A stretch of DNA of 60,574 bases, from the NCBI GenBank assembly GCA_965365445.1, contig CBDUBS010000003.1:1-60574 (forward strand). The letters run 5' to 3'. The position numbers were made by a program, and so were the translations under genes. Positions 29,167 to 39,079 of this stretch are shown piece after piece (position 1 is the first letter of the stretch; every line of letters begins with the position of its first letter). The notes beneath the pieces are model-generated. The model searched no databases and was not told where the DNA came from. It worked only from the letters and a program-made list of their open reading frames with translations. The DNA comes from an uncultured bacterium (GTDB lineage Bacteria; Bacteroidota; Rhodothermia; Rhodothermales; DASSAV01).

Positions 29167-32100
29167 CCGAAGTCCTTCCGCCAGAAGGTGCAGCAGGTCT
29201 TGTCCCGAATCGATGCTGGGAACGTCCTGGATGATGACGCGCAATTTCCTGTTCGTGTCGCGGAGCACGTACCGATTGGGAAGGCTGGTCAGCTTTTCGA
29301 GCATCGGATGGAAAAGCCGGCCGTAAAAGTACGCGTCGGCTTCCGGCGACGGAAAGTCCAGAAACAGACGTTCGTTCTTGTAGCTTACCTTCGTCAGCCG
29401 GAGACGCTGGGCCAGCAGTTTGATCTGGGCCGCTTCGAACAGATGCTCGACTTCCACGGGAAGAGGTCCGAATCGATCCCGCAACTCGGTCCTCACTTCA
29501 TGCAGGCTTTCCTCGGCCCCCGCTTCGGAAATGCGGCGGTATACATTGAGCCGTTCCACGTTGTTGGACACGTACGATTCGGGAATGAAGGCATCCGCGT
29601 CGATCTCCACGGAGGCTTCCTGCGCCTGGGGAGCCGGCGCTTCGGCGAATACGTCGGCGAATTCTTCGGTGCGGAGTTCCTGAACGGCTTCATCCAGTAT
29701 GCGGTGATAGGTTTCGTACCCTACGTCCTCTATGAAGCCTGTCTGTTCTGCCCCGAGCAGGTTGCCCGCCCCCCGGATATCCATGTCGCGCATGGCAATA
29801 TTGAAGCCGCTGCCCAGTTCGGAAAACTCCTCGACGGCTTGCAGCCGCTGCCGGGCCTCGCGGGTCAACGTATGGATGGATGGAACCAGCAGGTAGCAGA
29901 AAGCCTTTCGGTCCGAGCGGCCTACGCGTCCTCGGAGCTGGTGGAGTTCCGACAACCCGAAATGGTCCGCGTTGTTTATAATGATCGTGTTGGCGTTTGA
30001 GATGTCCAGGCCGCTTTCGATTATGTTGGTGCTGACCAGTACGTCAAACTTTTTCTCGACGAAGCCCAGCATCACGTTCTCCAGGTCGCGGGGTTTCATC
30101 TGGCCGTGGGCTACCTGAATCCGGACGTTCGGCGCCTGTTCGCGGAGCATCACAGCGATCTCCTCGATGCTTTGCACCCGGTTGTGAATGAAAAAAACCT
30201 GCCCGCCCCGGCTCGTTTCGTACAGGATGGCATCCCGAACGAGGGTGCGGTCGAACGTGTGGATTTCGGTGACGATGGGCTGCCGGTTTGGCGGGGGTGT
30301 GCAGATAATCGAGAGATCGCGGGCGCCGAGCAGAGAGAATTGCAGCGTCCGGGGAATCGGCGTGGCCGTCAGGGTCAGGGTGTCCACTTCGGCCCGCATC
30401 TGGCGCAGCCGTTCCTTTACGGATACGCCAAACCGTTGCTCCTCGTCGATGACGAGCAGCCCCAGGTTTTTGAACCGAACGTCTTTCGAAACGAGCCGGT
30501 GGGTGCCGATGACCACGTCGACCTCGCCGGAGGCGATTCGTTGGATGATTTCCTTCTGTTCTTTAGCGGTTCGGAAACGGGATAGGGCTTCGATACGGAC
30601 CGGGTACGGACCGAGCCGTCTGGAGAACGTTTCGTAGTGCTGCTCGGCGAGTATGGTGGTCGGCACCAGTACGGCTGCCTGCTTTCCATCCTGAACGGCT
30701 TTGAATGCGGCGCGGACCGCCACCTCGGTTTTGCCGAACCCCACGTCTCCGCATACGAGCCTGTCCATCGGGGCGGGTTGCTCCATGTCGCGCTTTACCG
30801 CATCGGCGGCGGATGCCTGGTCCGGTGTGTCCTCGAACTCAAAGCGTGCTTCCAGCTCGCGTTGCCAGATCGTGTCGTCGGGGAAGGCGTGGCCGGTCGT
30901 GGCTTTCCGGCGCGAATACAGGCTGATGAGATCCCGAGCGATGTCCTTGACCCGTTTCTTTGCTTTGGAACGGGTGCGCTCCCATTGTCCCGAGCCCAGT
31001 TTGGTCAGGCGCGGCTTATGCCCTTCCTTACCCGAATACTTGTGGAGTTTGTACAGGGCATTGACGTTGACGTATAACAGGTCGTTATCCGCAAACAGTA
31101 CACGCACCGCATCCTGATGCTTTCCACGGATCGTAATGCGTTCCATGCCGGCAAACTTGCCGATGCCGTAGTCGATATGGACCACGAAGTCGCCCGGCGA
31201 GAGATCCTGGATCTCTCGCATGGACATGCCGCCGGAGGGCTTTTTCCGGCGACGGGTGGTTGGCCGGTGGTACCTGTTGAAAATCTGGTGGTCCGTATAA
31301 ACGGCCAGACGCTCGGCTGGAACCTCGAAACCCTCATGAATCGATTCAACCTGAAGGGAGCAGGGAGCGACCGGGTCCGATTCCTCAAGCAGCTCAAGAA
31401 TCCGGGTTTCCTGACCGGGGCTGTCACACAGAATCAGGGTATTGCGGCCTTTCTCCGCATTGGCAATCAGGGTTTTTTTTAGTATGGTCACGCTTCCGCT
31501 GAAGGAGGGCTGCGGGACGCCCCCGAAATCCAGCGCGAGCCCGGCCGCCCCTTCGCCGTAGGTCCCTACTTGCACGCGGCGGTAGGCCGATAAAGCTTTT
31601 CGGAAATCGTCGCCCGGCCAGTACCGTTCGGCCGGGTGAACAGGCGTCTCGGCGTCGGACCGGGATTGCATCTCTAGATAGCCCTCCAGGGCCTGCTGGT
31701 ACAGCCTGTTCATGCCCTCGATCAACAGGGGTTCATCGTACGTCACGACGAGCGTATTCTCAGGCAGGTACGTAAGCAGCGGGACTGCCCCGCCGCTCGA
31801 AAGGTCGTTTTTTTCCAGATTGGGGACGAGGCGGGCCGCCGTCATGCGGCTTACGGAGCGTTGCGTTTTCGGGTCGAACTCACGGAGGGAGTCGATCTGC
31901 TCCCCGAAAAATTCGATTCGGACGGGATATTGACCGGAATAGGGATAGACATCGATAATGCCCCCTCGCACGGCCAGGTCGCCCGGCTGCTCCACGAATT
32001 CCACTCGGACGAACCCCTGTTCCGTCAATCGGCGAACCAGATCATCGGGGCTCAAGGTTTCTCCGTCGGTGAGGACGACGGTATCGCCCTGCAACGTTTC

Positions 32101-32511
32101 GGGTCCCGGCACCCGCTCGTACAGGGACGCGGCGCCTCCGATCACGATGCGAAGCGCCTCTTCCGCCAGCCGCTGCAGGGTATCGGTACGGTGTATGACG
32201 AGTCCGGTATCGGGTACCTGCTCCGTATCGTAAGGCTTGACCCCGCTACCGGGGAAGCGGGCTATTGTGTCCGTTCCCGTTAATTGTTCCAGGTCGCTGT
32301 ACAGATAAGCGGCGAGGTCCTCTGAAGGAGTTGCAACCAGTACCGTCAAGTCGGTTTCTCGCAGCAACTCTGCAAGGAAGAACGCCGGGAGCGACCCGGC
32401 GGCATTCAGGATGCGTAATACGCTCGGGGTGTACGCCGCCGTGCACCAGTCCCGGGCATCCTTGAACGCGGAAGATCGGGACAGGCGTTTTGAAATGTGT
32501 TGTAAGGTCAC
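29149..32511 (-). CDS. mfd: Transcription-repair coupling factor
   Basis: CarD-like RID (VVHIDYGIG), CGDVGFGKTE, DEEQRFG, QLRGRVGR, TRCF tail. Confidence 0.97.
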   Translation of the reverse strand: MTLQHISKRLSRSSAFKDARDWCTAAYTPSVLRILNAAGSLPAFFLAELLRETDLTVLVATPSEDLAAYLYSDLEQLTGTDTIARFPGSGVKPYDTEQVPDTGLVIHRTDTLQRLAEEALRIVIGGAASLYERVPGPETLQGDTVVLTDGETLSPDDLVRRLTEQGFVRVEFVEQPGDLAVRGGIIDVYPYSGQYPVRIEFFGEQIDSLREFDPKTQRSVSRMTAARLVPNLEKNDLSSGGAVPLLTYLPENTLVVTYDEPLLIEGMNRLYQQALEGYLEMQSRSDAETPVHPAERYWPGDDFRKALSAYRRVQVGTYGEGAAGLALDFGGVPQPSFSGSVTILKKTLIANAEKGRNTLILCDSPGQETRILELLEESDPVAPCSLQVESIHEGFEVPAERLAVYTDHQIFNRYHRPTTRRRKKPSGGMSMREIQDLSPGDFVVHIDYGIGKFAGMERITIRGKHQDAVRVLFADNDLLYVNVNALYKLHKYSGKEGHKPRLTKLGSGQWERTRSKAKKRVKDIARDLISLYSRRKATTGHAFPDDTIWQRELEARFEFEDTPDQASAADAVKRDMEQPAPMDRLVCGDVGFGKTEVAVRAAFKAVQDGKQAAVLVPTTILAEQHYETFSRRLGPYPVRIEALSRFRTAKEQKEIIQRIASGEVDVVIGTHRLVSKDVRFKNLGLLVIDEEQRFGVSVKERLRQMRAEVDTLTLTATPIPRTLQFSLLGARDLSIICTPPPNRQPIVTEIHTFDRTLVRDAILYETSRGGQVFFIHNRVQSIEEIAVMLREQAPNVRIQVAHGQMKPRDLENVMLGFVEKKFDVLVSTNIIESGLDISNANTIIINNADHFGLSELHQLRGRVGRSDRKAFCYLLVPSIHTLTREARQRLQAVEEFSELGSGFNIAMRDMDIRGAGNLLGAEQTGFIEDVGYETYHRILDEAVQELRTEEFADVFAEAPAPQAQEASVEIDADAFIPESYVSNNVERLNVYRRISEAGAEESLHEVRTELRDRFGPLPVEVEHLFEAAQIKLLAQRLRLTKVSYKNERLFLDFPSPEADAYFYGRLFHPMLEKLTSLPNRYVLRDTNRKLRVIIQDVPSIDSGQDLLHLLAEGLRLQLTE

Positions 32512-32581
32512 GATTGAAATAAACTAGATGTGGCTTGCACGGGCGGTTGGCGCTTTTGCCTCAATTGGGTCGCGCAACCTG

Positions 32582-32597
32582 TGTTCCACGTGGAACA
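32582..32597. other. parS centromere-like site
   Basis: Perfect palindrome TGTTCCACGTGGAACA in the murQ-mfd intergenic region. Confidence 0.85.
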
Positions 32598-32599
32598 CG

Positions 32600-33523
32600 T
32601 TATAGGGTCGCTTCTTCCTGTAATGCAGCTCGTACAAATCCTTCGGACGCTGCCAATCGGCGTTGCGCCTCGGCAAGGTCTACTCCTTTGAGCAGCATGA
32701 CGAGCGTGGTTTTAACGTGCCCGTTCGATGCCTCCAGAGCGGCCGAAGCCGATTCATAATCCACGCCGGTAATCATCATAACGATTCGGCGGGATCGCTC
32801 GACAAGCTTCCGATTGGTCATTTGCAGGTCGATCATCATGTTTTCATACGTCTTGCCCATGCGGATCATGGCCGCAGTAGTCAGCATATTGAGCACGAGC
32901 TTTTGCGCAGTTCCACTTTTCATCCTCGTGGAGCCCATGACCACTTCGGGGCCGACCACAGGGCAGATGGCTACGTCAACCTCCAGGGAAAGGGTTTCAC
33001 GAGGAGAGCACGTAATGAATACTGTTCGGCTTCTCTTCTGGCGAGCGTATTCTACTGCGGCCACCACAAACGGGGTTCTCTTACTTGCCGCAATCCCGCA
33101 CACAACATCGTTCGGCGTGAGAGCAAGTTTCCGCATGGCGTCTCGACCCATCTCTTCACTATCTTCCGCCCCTTCTACCGCTTTAAAAACGGCTTCCCGC
33201 CCCCCCGCTATGACACCCTGAACCATTTCGGGAGGAACCCCGAATGTCGGGGGACATTCAGAGGCGTCGAGAATCCCCAGCCTTCCGCTGGTGCCGGCCC
33301 CCACATAAATGAGGCGACCCCCTGCTTTGAAAGACTCAACAACTATATGTACCGCTTTCTCGATGTAAGGCAGTTGCTCGCGCACGGCGATGGGCACCCG
33401 ATGATCTTCCAGATTGATGATGTCCAGAATCTCCCATACCGTTGCTCTGTCCACGTTATTCGAAAGCGGATTGCGTTGCTCCGTAGCCAGGGCGGATAGT
33501 TCTTTAAACAAAGACTGGTCCAT
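32600..33523 (-). CDS. murQ: N-acetylmuramic acid 6-phosphate etherase
   Basis: TEQRN, GAGTSGRLG, ECPPTF, GSTRMKSGTAQK. Confidence 0.96.
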   Translation of the reverse strand: MDQSLFKELSALATEQRNPLSNNVDRATVWEILDIINLEDHRVPIAVREQLPYIEKAVHIVVESFKAGGRLIYVGAGTSGRLGILDASECPPTFGVPPEMVQGVIAGGREAVFKAVEGAEDSEEMGRDAMRKLALTPNDVVCGIAASKRTPFVVAAVEYARQKRSRTVFITCSPRETLSLEVDVAICPVVGPEVVMGSTRMKSGTAQKLVLNMLTTAAMIRMGKTYENMMIDLQMTNRKLVERSRRIVMMITGVDYESASAALEASNGHVKTTLVMLLKGVDLAEAQRRLAASEGFVRAALQEEATL

Positions 33524-33556
33524 ACATTGATACCGTTATAGAGGGCACACGATAGC

Positions 33557-33591
33557 CCTCATGCGCCGGCCGAAATGGCCGGCGCATGAGG
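33557..33591. repeat. Perfect 15-bp inverted repeat in the murQ/recF divergent region
   Basis: CCTCATGCGCCGGCC-GAAAT-GGCCGGCGCATGAGG. Confidence 0.85.
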
Positions 33592-33806
33592 ACGTTTCTA
33601 CTCTTTCATCCGATTGTACCCCGAGACCTACCTTCTGCCGGGGAAGCGCCGAGTGTTGAAGGCTCTCCTCACGTTCGTCAGGCCGGAGTATTCGTATTTT
33701 ACTCGCGTGGGATATGGTTCGATGCCGGGCCGCTTTCTTGCTTTCGGTTCGCTGTGTCCTCTAACGTACGTTTGAATACATCCTCCTTGCCTGAAGCAAT
33801 GCTTTC

Positions 33807-34961
33807 ATGCGAATAGAGACATTACGAGCCATCGGATTCAGGGCCCACAAAAAGACATTCGTGGCATTTGGTCCAGGCCTGAACGTGATACATGGACCCA
33901 ACGGCGCCGGAAAAACGAACCTGCTGGAAGCCGTTCATTACCTCAGCCTATCCAAGAGCTTCCTCTCCGCAAACGACGCCTACGTGGTGCGTAAAGGGAG
34001 TCCCTATTTCGAGGTGTCGGGCCGATTTGCCGGTGAGCGCCGCCCGCACCTTGATATTCGGGTGGCCTTTCAACCCGGTCAGGGCAAGTCGGTTCATCTC
34101 AATGGAGCCAAAATAGAACGAATAACAGAGTTGGTTGGATCGGTGCCGGTCGTTATGGTGTCTCCAGCCGATCATGACATCGCCGTGGGTGGACCCGACG
34201 AACGGCGGCGTTTTTTCGACAACGTGCTGAGTCAGTCCCGCCCCGTTTATTTTTCTGATCTGTTGAAATACCGTAGAGCTCTCCGCCAGCGTAACGAACT
34301 GTTGTATCAGATGCGTTCATCTGCAAAGTTCCAGGGTCCGAATTCGATGCTGGAATCATGGAATGCGGAGCTGGCGTCTCTGGGAGCCGCGATAGTGACT
34401 CGGCGTGAGCAATTCGTAGCATCTTTTAGAGCGCACCTCGATGATGTTTATGGCGATTTCAGTGACCGCATAGAGAAGCCGAACATTATCTATCGCCCTT
34501 CGGGAATGGATCTACCCGAGATGAGCGAACAGGACCGGTATGATCTTCTGGTACGGCGGCTGACGGATGATGTGCGCAAGGAAACGCGCATGGGGCGCAC
34601 GTTAACCGGGCCGCACCTCGATGAATACACGTTTTTGCTGGATGGCATGGAAGTGCGGCGTTATGCCTCTCAGGGTCAGGTACGATCATTCACGCTGGCT
34701 TTACGGTTCGCCCAGCACGGTTATTTGCGTTATTTGTTGGACGAACAGCCGATCCTTCTCCTCGATGACGTATTCGGTAGTCTCGATGAGCAGCGAGCCG
34801 GAACGCTGATCGCACGCTTGTCCAGCGGAGCATACGGTCAGGTACTGGTAACGATAGCATCCCAGGGAGCGGGGCGGGAGCCGGAAAATATTTTCTGCGT
34901 GCCCCACCAGTCCATTCGGATCGAAAGGGGAAACGTAACGGATGAGCGTACCATCGCTTAA
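33807..34961 (+). CDS. recF: DNA replication/repair protein RecF
   Basis: GPNGAGKTN, GPDERRRF, ASQGQ, LLLDD. Confidence 0.93.
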   Translation: MRIETLRAIGFRAHKKTFVAFGPGLNVIHGPNGAGKTNLLEAVHYLSLSKSFLSANDAYVVRKGSPYFEVSGRFAGERRPHLDIRVAFQPGQGKSVHLNGAKIERITELVGSVPVVMVSPADHDIAVGGPDERRRFFDNVLSQSRPVYFSDLLKYRRALRQRNELLYQMRSSAKFQGPNSMLESWNAELASLGAAIVTRREQFVASFRAHLDDVYGDFSDRIEKPNIIYRPSGMDLPEMSEQDRYDLLVRRLTDDVRKETRMGRTLTGPHLDEYTFLLDGMEVRRYASQGQVRSFTLALRFAQHGYLRYLLDEQPILLLDDVFGSLDEQRAGTLIARLSSGAYGQVLVTIASQGAGREPENIFCVPHQSIRIERGNVTDERTIA

Positions 34962-35060
34962 GGTGGATGTCACGTTTATGCTTCGACGGATCAAAAAAGC
35001 GAGCGTTGGGTGTCGAAGGGCAATAACCGATTATGCTAATCTACCCGATTCGTTACGGCC

Positions 35061-36569
35061 ATGCGCAGCGCCCTGCCAGTGTTTCACGTGAAACATATCC
35101 TGATCCTTTTTCTGATATTCACCTTCGTCGGCACAAGCGGTTGTGTAGTGTCTCGCAGCCCGGTAAGCGGGCAGAAGCGCGCTTATGCCTACTCGTGGGA
35201 GCAAGAAGTGCAATTGGGCAAGGAATCCCACGCTCAGATCGTGCAACAGTTCGGCCTGTATGACGACCCTTCCTTGCAACAGTATGTTGACCGCATCGGC
35301 CGGAAGGTACTGGCCAACAGCCATTTGCAACGGGATGGGGCCCGTGCGGAATATCGGAATACCGAGTTTACGTTTACCGTACTGGACAGCCCGGTCGTAA
35401 ACGCATTTGCGCTTCCAGGGGGATACATTTACGTAACGCGCGGCCTGATGACCCACCTGGAGAACGAAGCACAACTGGCTGTGGTGCTCGGTCACGAAAT
35501 AGCGCATGTGGCGGCTCGCCACGCCTCGCAACAGGCTCTCGAACAGCAGCTCGGACAGGTAGGACTCATCGGCGGAGCCATACTGGGGCAGGAGGTACTG
35601 GGCCTGCCGGCGGGTGATTTGCTGAACCTGGGGAGCACGGCGGCGCAGCTACTATTCCTGCGATACAGCCGCGATAACGAGGAAGAATCCGACGCACTGG
35701 GCGTGCAATACGCCGCCTTTTCAGGATACAAAGCGGAAGAAGGAGCGAAGTTTTTTACCTCCCTGAAACGCCTGTCGGAAAAAGAGGGACAAAGCATACC
35801 GACCTTCATGTCCACTCACCCCGACCCGGGTTCGAGAGAGCAGCGCATACCAAAAATCGCGGAGGAGTACGTAGGCCGCGCCAGTATGACGGAGATCGGG
35901 GAACAGACGTACCTGCGGGAATTGGAAGGTACCGTGCTGGGAGAGAACCCTCGCCAGGGTTTTACCCGTAACGGCATATTTTACCATCCCGACCTCCGAT
36001 TCCAGTTTCCCGTACCCCGGGATTTTCAGGTAGTAAACCAGCCCTCCCAGGTGGCGCTCGTACAATCGAATCAGCAGGCCGTCGTACTGTTCAGTATCGC
36101 GAATGCCGCATCGCCTCAGGCCGCAGCCAACACATTTGCTTCGCAACAGGGAATCAAGGTAATCGATAGCGGCAGGGCGCGAGCCGCTACCGGCACCGAA
36201 GCGTATTATCTGGTATCCGAAGCCCAGACACAGGACGGCCAGACGGTGCGCCTGTTGAACTACTTTATCGGCTATGAGGGGAAGGTATACTCATTCCTCG
36301 GCTATACCTCGACCTCTCTGTTCGGCAACTACCAGAATCAGTTCCAGCAAGTAATGCAGGGGTTCGCTCCACTCACGGACCGATCCATTCTATCCATCCA
36401 ACCGACGAAGGTGGCGGTCGCGCCCGCCTCGCGCACGGCTCCCTTCAGCGCGTTCGTTCCTTCCACCCTTCCACCGAACATGACGGCGCAGGATCTCGCC
36501 ATTCTTAACCAGGTTGATCTCAACGAAACGATACAGCGGGGCGATCTGCTGAAACTCCCCGCGAAATGA
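35061..36569 (+). CDS. M48 family metalloprotease (probable lipoprotein, LysM-like C-terminus)
   Basis: NAFALPGG, HEIAH, THP; lipobox-like TSGC; real start may be GTG 35088. Confidence 0.9.
   Translation: MRSALPVFHVKHILILFLIFTFVGTSGCVVSRSPVSGQKRAYAYSWEQEVQLGKESHAQIVQQFGLYDDPSLQQYVDRIGRKVLANSHLQRDGARAEYRNTEFTFTVLDSPVVNAFALPGGYIYVTRGLMTHLENEAQLAVVLGHEIAHVAARHASQQALEQQLGQVGLIGGAILGQEVLGLPAGDLLNLGSTAAQLLFLRYSRDNEEESDALGVQYAAFSGYKAEEGAKFFTSLKRLSEKEGQSIPTFMSTHPDPGSREQRIPKIAEEYVGRASMTEIGEQTYLRELEGTVLGENPRQGFTRNGIFYHPDLRFQFPVPRDFQVVNQPSQVALVQSNQQAVVLFSIANAASPQAAANTFASQQGIKVIDSGRARAATGTEAYYLVSEAQTQDGQTVRLLNYFIGYEGKVYSFLGYTSTSLFGNYQNQFQQVMQGFAPLTDRSILSIQPTKVAVAPASRTAPFSAFVPSTLPPNMTAQDLAILNQVDLNETIQRGDLLKLPAK
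35080..35095. other. parS centromere-like site
   Basis: Perfect consensus TGTTTCACGTGAAACA. Confidence 0.88.
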
Positions 36570-36578
36570 GGCATCGGA

Positions 36579-36998
36579 TCAGGCCTGTTCCGCGGTAGGA
36601 GGGATCAATACGGCTTCCCCGCCAAGTGCCATCTTCCCTCCGACGTAGACGTATACCTTACCGCGTACGTGCCGGTGGGCCGGTAGCTTTTCCACCACCT
36701 TGACTTCTACCGTAAACTCCGAGCCCACCGGCACGGGACGAAGAAACCGGCACGAAAGCGAAACCGCGATGCTACCTGGACCGGGAAAATCCCGGCCGAG
36801 CACTTTGGATATAATGCCCATAAGGAGCACACCGTGCACGATAGGGGCCCCGAAACGGGTCTGCGCCGCGTAAGCGGGATCGACGTGGATCGGGTTATCG
36901 TCCCCGGTGACGTCGGCAAAAAGCCGAACCTCTTCCTGGGAGAGCGTTCGCGTGAATGAAAAAGACTGGCCGACTTCAAGCGTTTCGTACGTATGCAT
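36579..36998 (-). CDS. MaoC family dehydratase (hot-dog fold)
   Basis: FADVTGDDNPIH...IVHG...FPGPG. Confidence 0.92.
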   Translation of the reverse strand: MHTYETLEVGQSFSFTRTLSQEEVRLFADVTGDDNPIHVDPAYAAQTRFGAPIVHGVLLMGIISKVLGRDFPGPGSIAVSLSCRFLRPVPVGSEFTVEVKVVEKLPAHRHVRGKVYVYVGGKMALGGEAVLIPPTAEQA

Positions 36999-37202
36999 GG
37001 CATTCTAGGGAGATGGCATGTTCAGGAAAAAGAAAATACGCGAACGAACCCGTTAAAACGAACCGATCGGTCGTGAAACCACTCGCTTCCGTAGAGCGTC
37101 GGACTGCGGCAGGGGCTATCCCTTCATGCATTTCGCATGAAACCAAGCTGAACGGCCACTGTAGATGCCCCTCTACTTTCTCGCGTCAGCTATCCCGGGG
37201 CC

Positions 37203-38000
37203 GTGCCTTCCTTACCTGCTTCGTTGCCGCTCGTCAGTTGCCTTATGGTAACGGCTGATCGTTCGGCCCTCTGTCGGCGGGCCGTCCATTGCTACCGGCA
37301 GCAAACGTATCCCCGCAAGGAACTGATCGTCGTAGACGATGGAAGTGAAGACCTGTCTGACATCCTGTCCGTTCTTCCGGCGGAAGAAGTACGATACGTC
37401 CGGATCGAACGCCACGCCCGTAATGTGCTCGGCCACCTGCGCAACCTGGCGCTCGATGCGGCCCGGGGCGACATGATGGCGCAGTGGGACGACGACGACT
37501 GGTACCACCCCCGGCGTCTGGAGCGACAGGTAGAGGCCCTGGCCTCGGGCTGCGACGCCTGCGTGCTATCCGGTGCGCTCATGCATCTGGATACGCCGGA
37601 ATACATCGACCACCCCTATACCGGATACCTGCCCGACGGAGTGCCCGGTACGATCGTACACCGGCGGGAGGACGGGCTGCGGTACCCGGCGTTGCGGAAA
37701 TCCGAGGATACCGTGTATTTGCAGCACTGGCTTCGCTCCCCGCTTCGGATACATCGGATTCCGGAAACCCATCTGTTCATCCGGTGCTTCCACGGGACGA
37801 ATACGTGGGATCGGGATCATTTCCTGACCCGTATGCGCAACCGCCCTGCCGACCTTATCGCCTACGTGTGGCATCGGTACGTGCGGCGGGAACTGTTCGA
37901 TCATCCTCGCTTTCGGCTCAATCCTTCCGCCCGTCAGTCGTTCGAAATGTTTCTTCAGGATTCACGCCGGCTCGGCCTACTCAAGAACGGCAGCCGATGA
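37203..38000 (+). CDS. Glycosyltransferase family 2
   Basis: VSCLMVT, IVVDDG, WDDDDW. Confidence 0.88.
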   Translation: MPSLPASLPLVSCLMVTADRSALCRRAVHCYRQQTYPRKELIVVDDGSEDLSDILSVLPAEEVRYVRIERHARNVLGHLRNLALDAARGDMMAQWDDDDWYHPRRLERQVEALASGCDACVLSGALMHLDTPEYIDHPYTGYLPDGVPGTIVHRREDGLRYPALRKSEDTVYLQHWLRSPLRIHRIPETHLFIRCFHGTNTWDRDHFLTRMRNRPADLIAYVWHRYVRRELFDHPRFRLNPSARQSFEMFLQDSRRLGLLKNGSR

Positions 38001-39079
38001 TGCGCGTCATTTTCGTGCAGACGTACCCGCTTTACCACGATGGGTGGTCGCTGGAGCAGTGGATCCGGCTGTATAATCGGGATCGGTGGATGCCGGGGCT
38101 GGCCGCTTCGCTCGGCCGGGAAGCCGAATTGTGGGTCGTAGGCGAGGAACGGAAGGATCTGGTATCCCGGATTCCCGACCTGTGCGACTACCCTATCCGG
38201 GTCTTCCCCGCCGATCGAACGGGAGGGGCAACGAAGCGCCACACGAGCAGGGCGCTCATCCGGTTTGCCGCGCAGGATCCGGCCGATCTGTTCGTTCTCA
38301 AAGGCGTGGATGGCGGCGTGGGGGAGGCATTGATCGATGCCGTTCTGGAGCCCGATCGGCGGCCCTATGCCATGGTCATCGGAGGAAAGTATTACACCCG
38401 GAACGTGGCCCGGGCGGCTGCCGTGCTGTATGAAACCGAGCGGCAAAAACGCCTCCTGATGCATCCGGCATACCGTATATGGCGCCGCCCTGTGCCGCCC
38501 GAACGGCTGATTCGACTGCCCAAGTCGATTGACACCGATGTGTTCCGGCCGATGGCCGACGCACCGGTTGAATGGGACGTGATTTCGGTGGCCCGTCTCA
38601 TATCGAAGCACAAGTATTTCGACGCCGCCGGAAAACTTTCGGAACGGGTGCGGGTTGCCGTGGTCGGAGGCGGTCCGCTCAAAGAGGCGTTGCGTCGCCG
38701 GTATCCCCGGGTTGCCTGGCTCGGCAAAACACCGCACCACCTGTTGCCTGCCCTGTTGAACAAAGCCAGGGTGTTTTTGCATTCCGGGCTTTCGGATTAT
38801 TATCCGCGTGTCATACCGGAAGCCATGGCGTGCGGGTTGCCTTGTGTGGCGTTCAAAGAAGCCATAGATGCCGATGTGCTCCCGGCAGAGTGCGGGTTGC
38901 GTGTGTCAAGGAAGGACTTCATTCGGCCCGTTCTCGACCTCCTCGGGGATGAAAACAGACGCATTTCCCTGGGCGAGGCAGCGCGCCGGCGAGCCGTCTC
39001 GGAATACGGCAGGGATTCATCACGGCCCGCGCTCGAAAAGCTGTTGGCGTTGCCGTTTCGGGGGCCGGGCGCCGATTGA
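37997..39079 (+). CDS. Glycosyltransferase family 4
   Basis: IDTDVF, EAMACGLP; ATGA overlap with the upstream gene. Confidence 0.85.
   Translation: MMRVIFVQTYPLYHDGWSLEQWIRLYNRDRWMPGLAASLGREAELWVVGEERKDLVSRIPDLCDYPIRVFPADRTGGATKRHTSRALIRFAAQDPADLFVLKGVDGGVGEALIDAVLEPDRRPYAMVIGGKYYTRNVARAAAVLYETERQKRLLMHPAYRIWRRPVPPERLIRLPKSIDTDVFRPMADAPVEWDVISVARLISKHKYFDAAGKLSERVRVAVVGGGPLKEALRRRYPRVAWLGKTPHHLLPALLNKARVFLHSGLSDYYPRVIPEAMACGLPCVAFKEAIDADVLPAECGLRVSRKDFIRPVLDLLGDENRRISLGEAARRRAVSEYGRDSSRPALEKLLALPFRGPGAD

Noticed and set aside
32993-33008. Half parS-like GTTTCACG inside murQ
   Set aside because: The right arm has too many mismatches.
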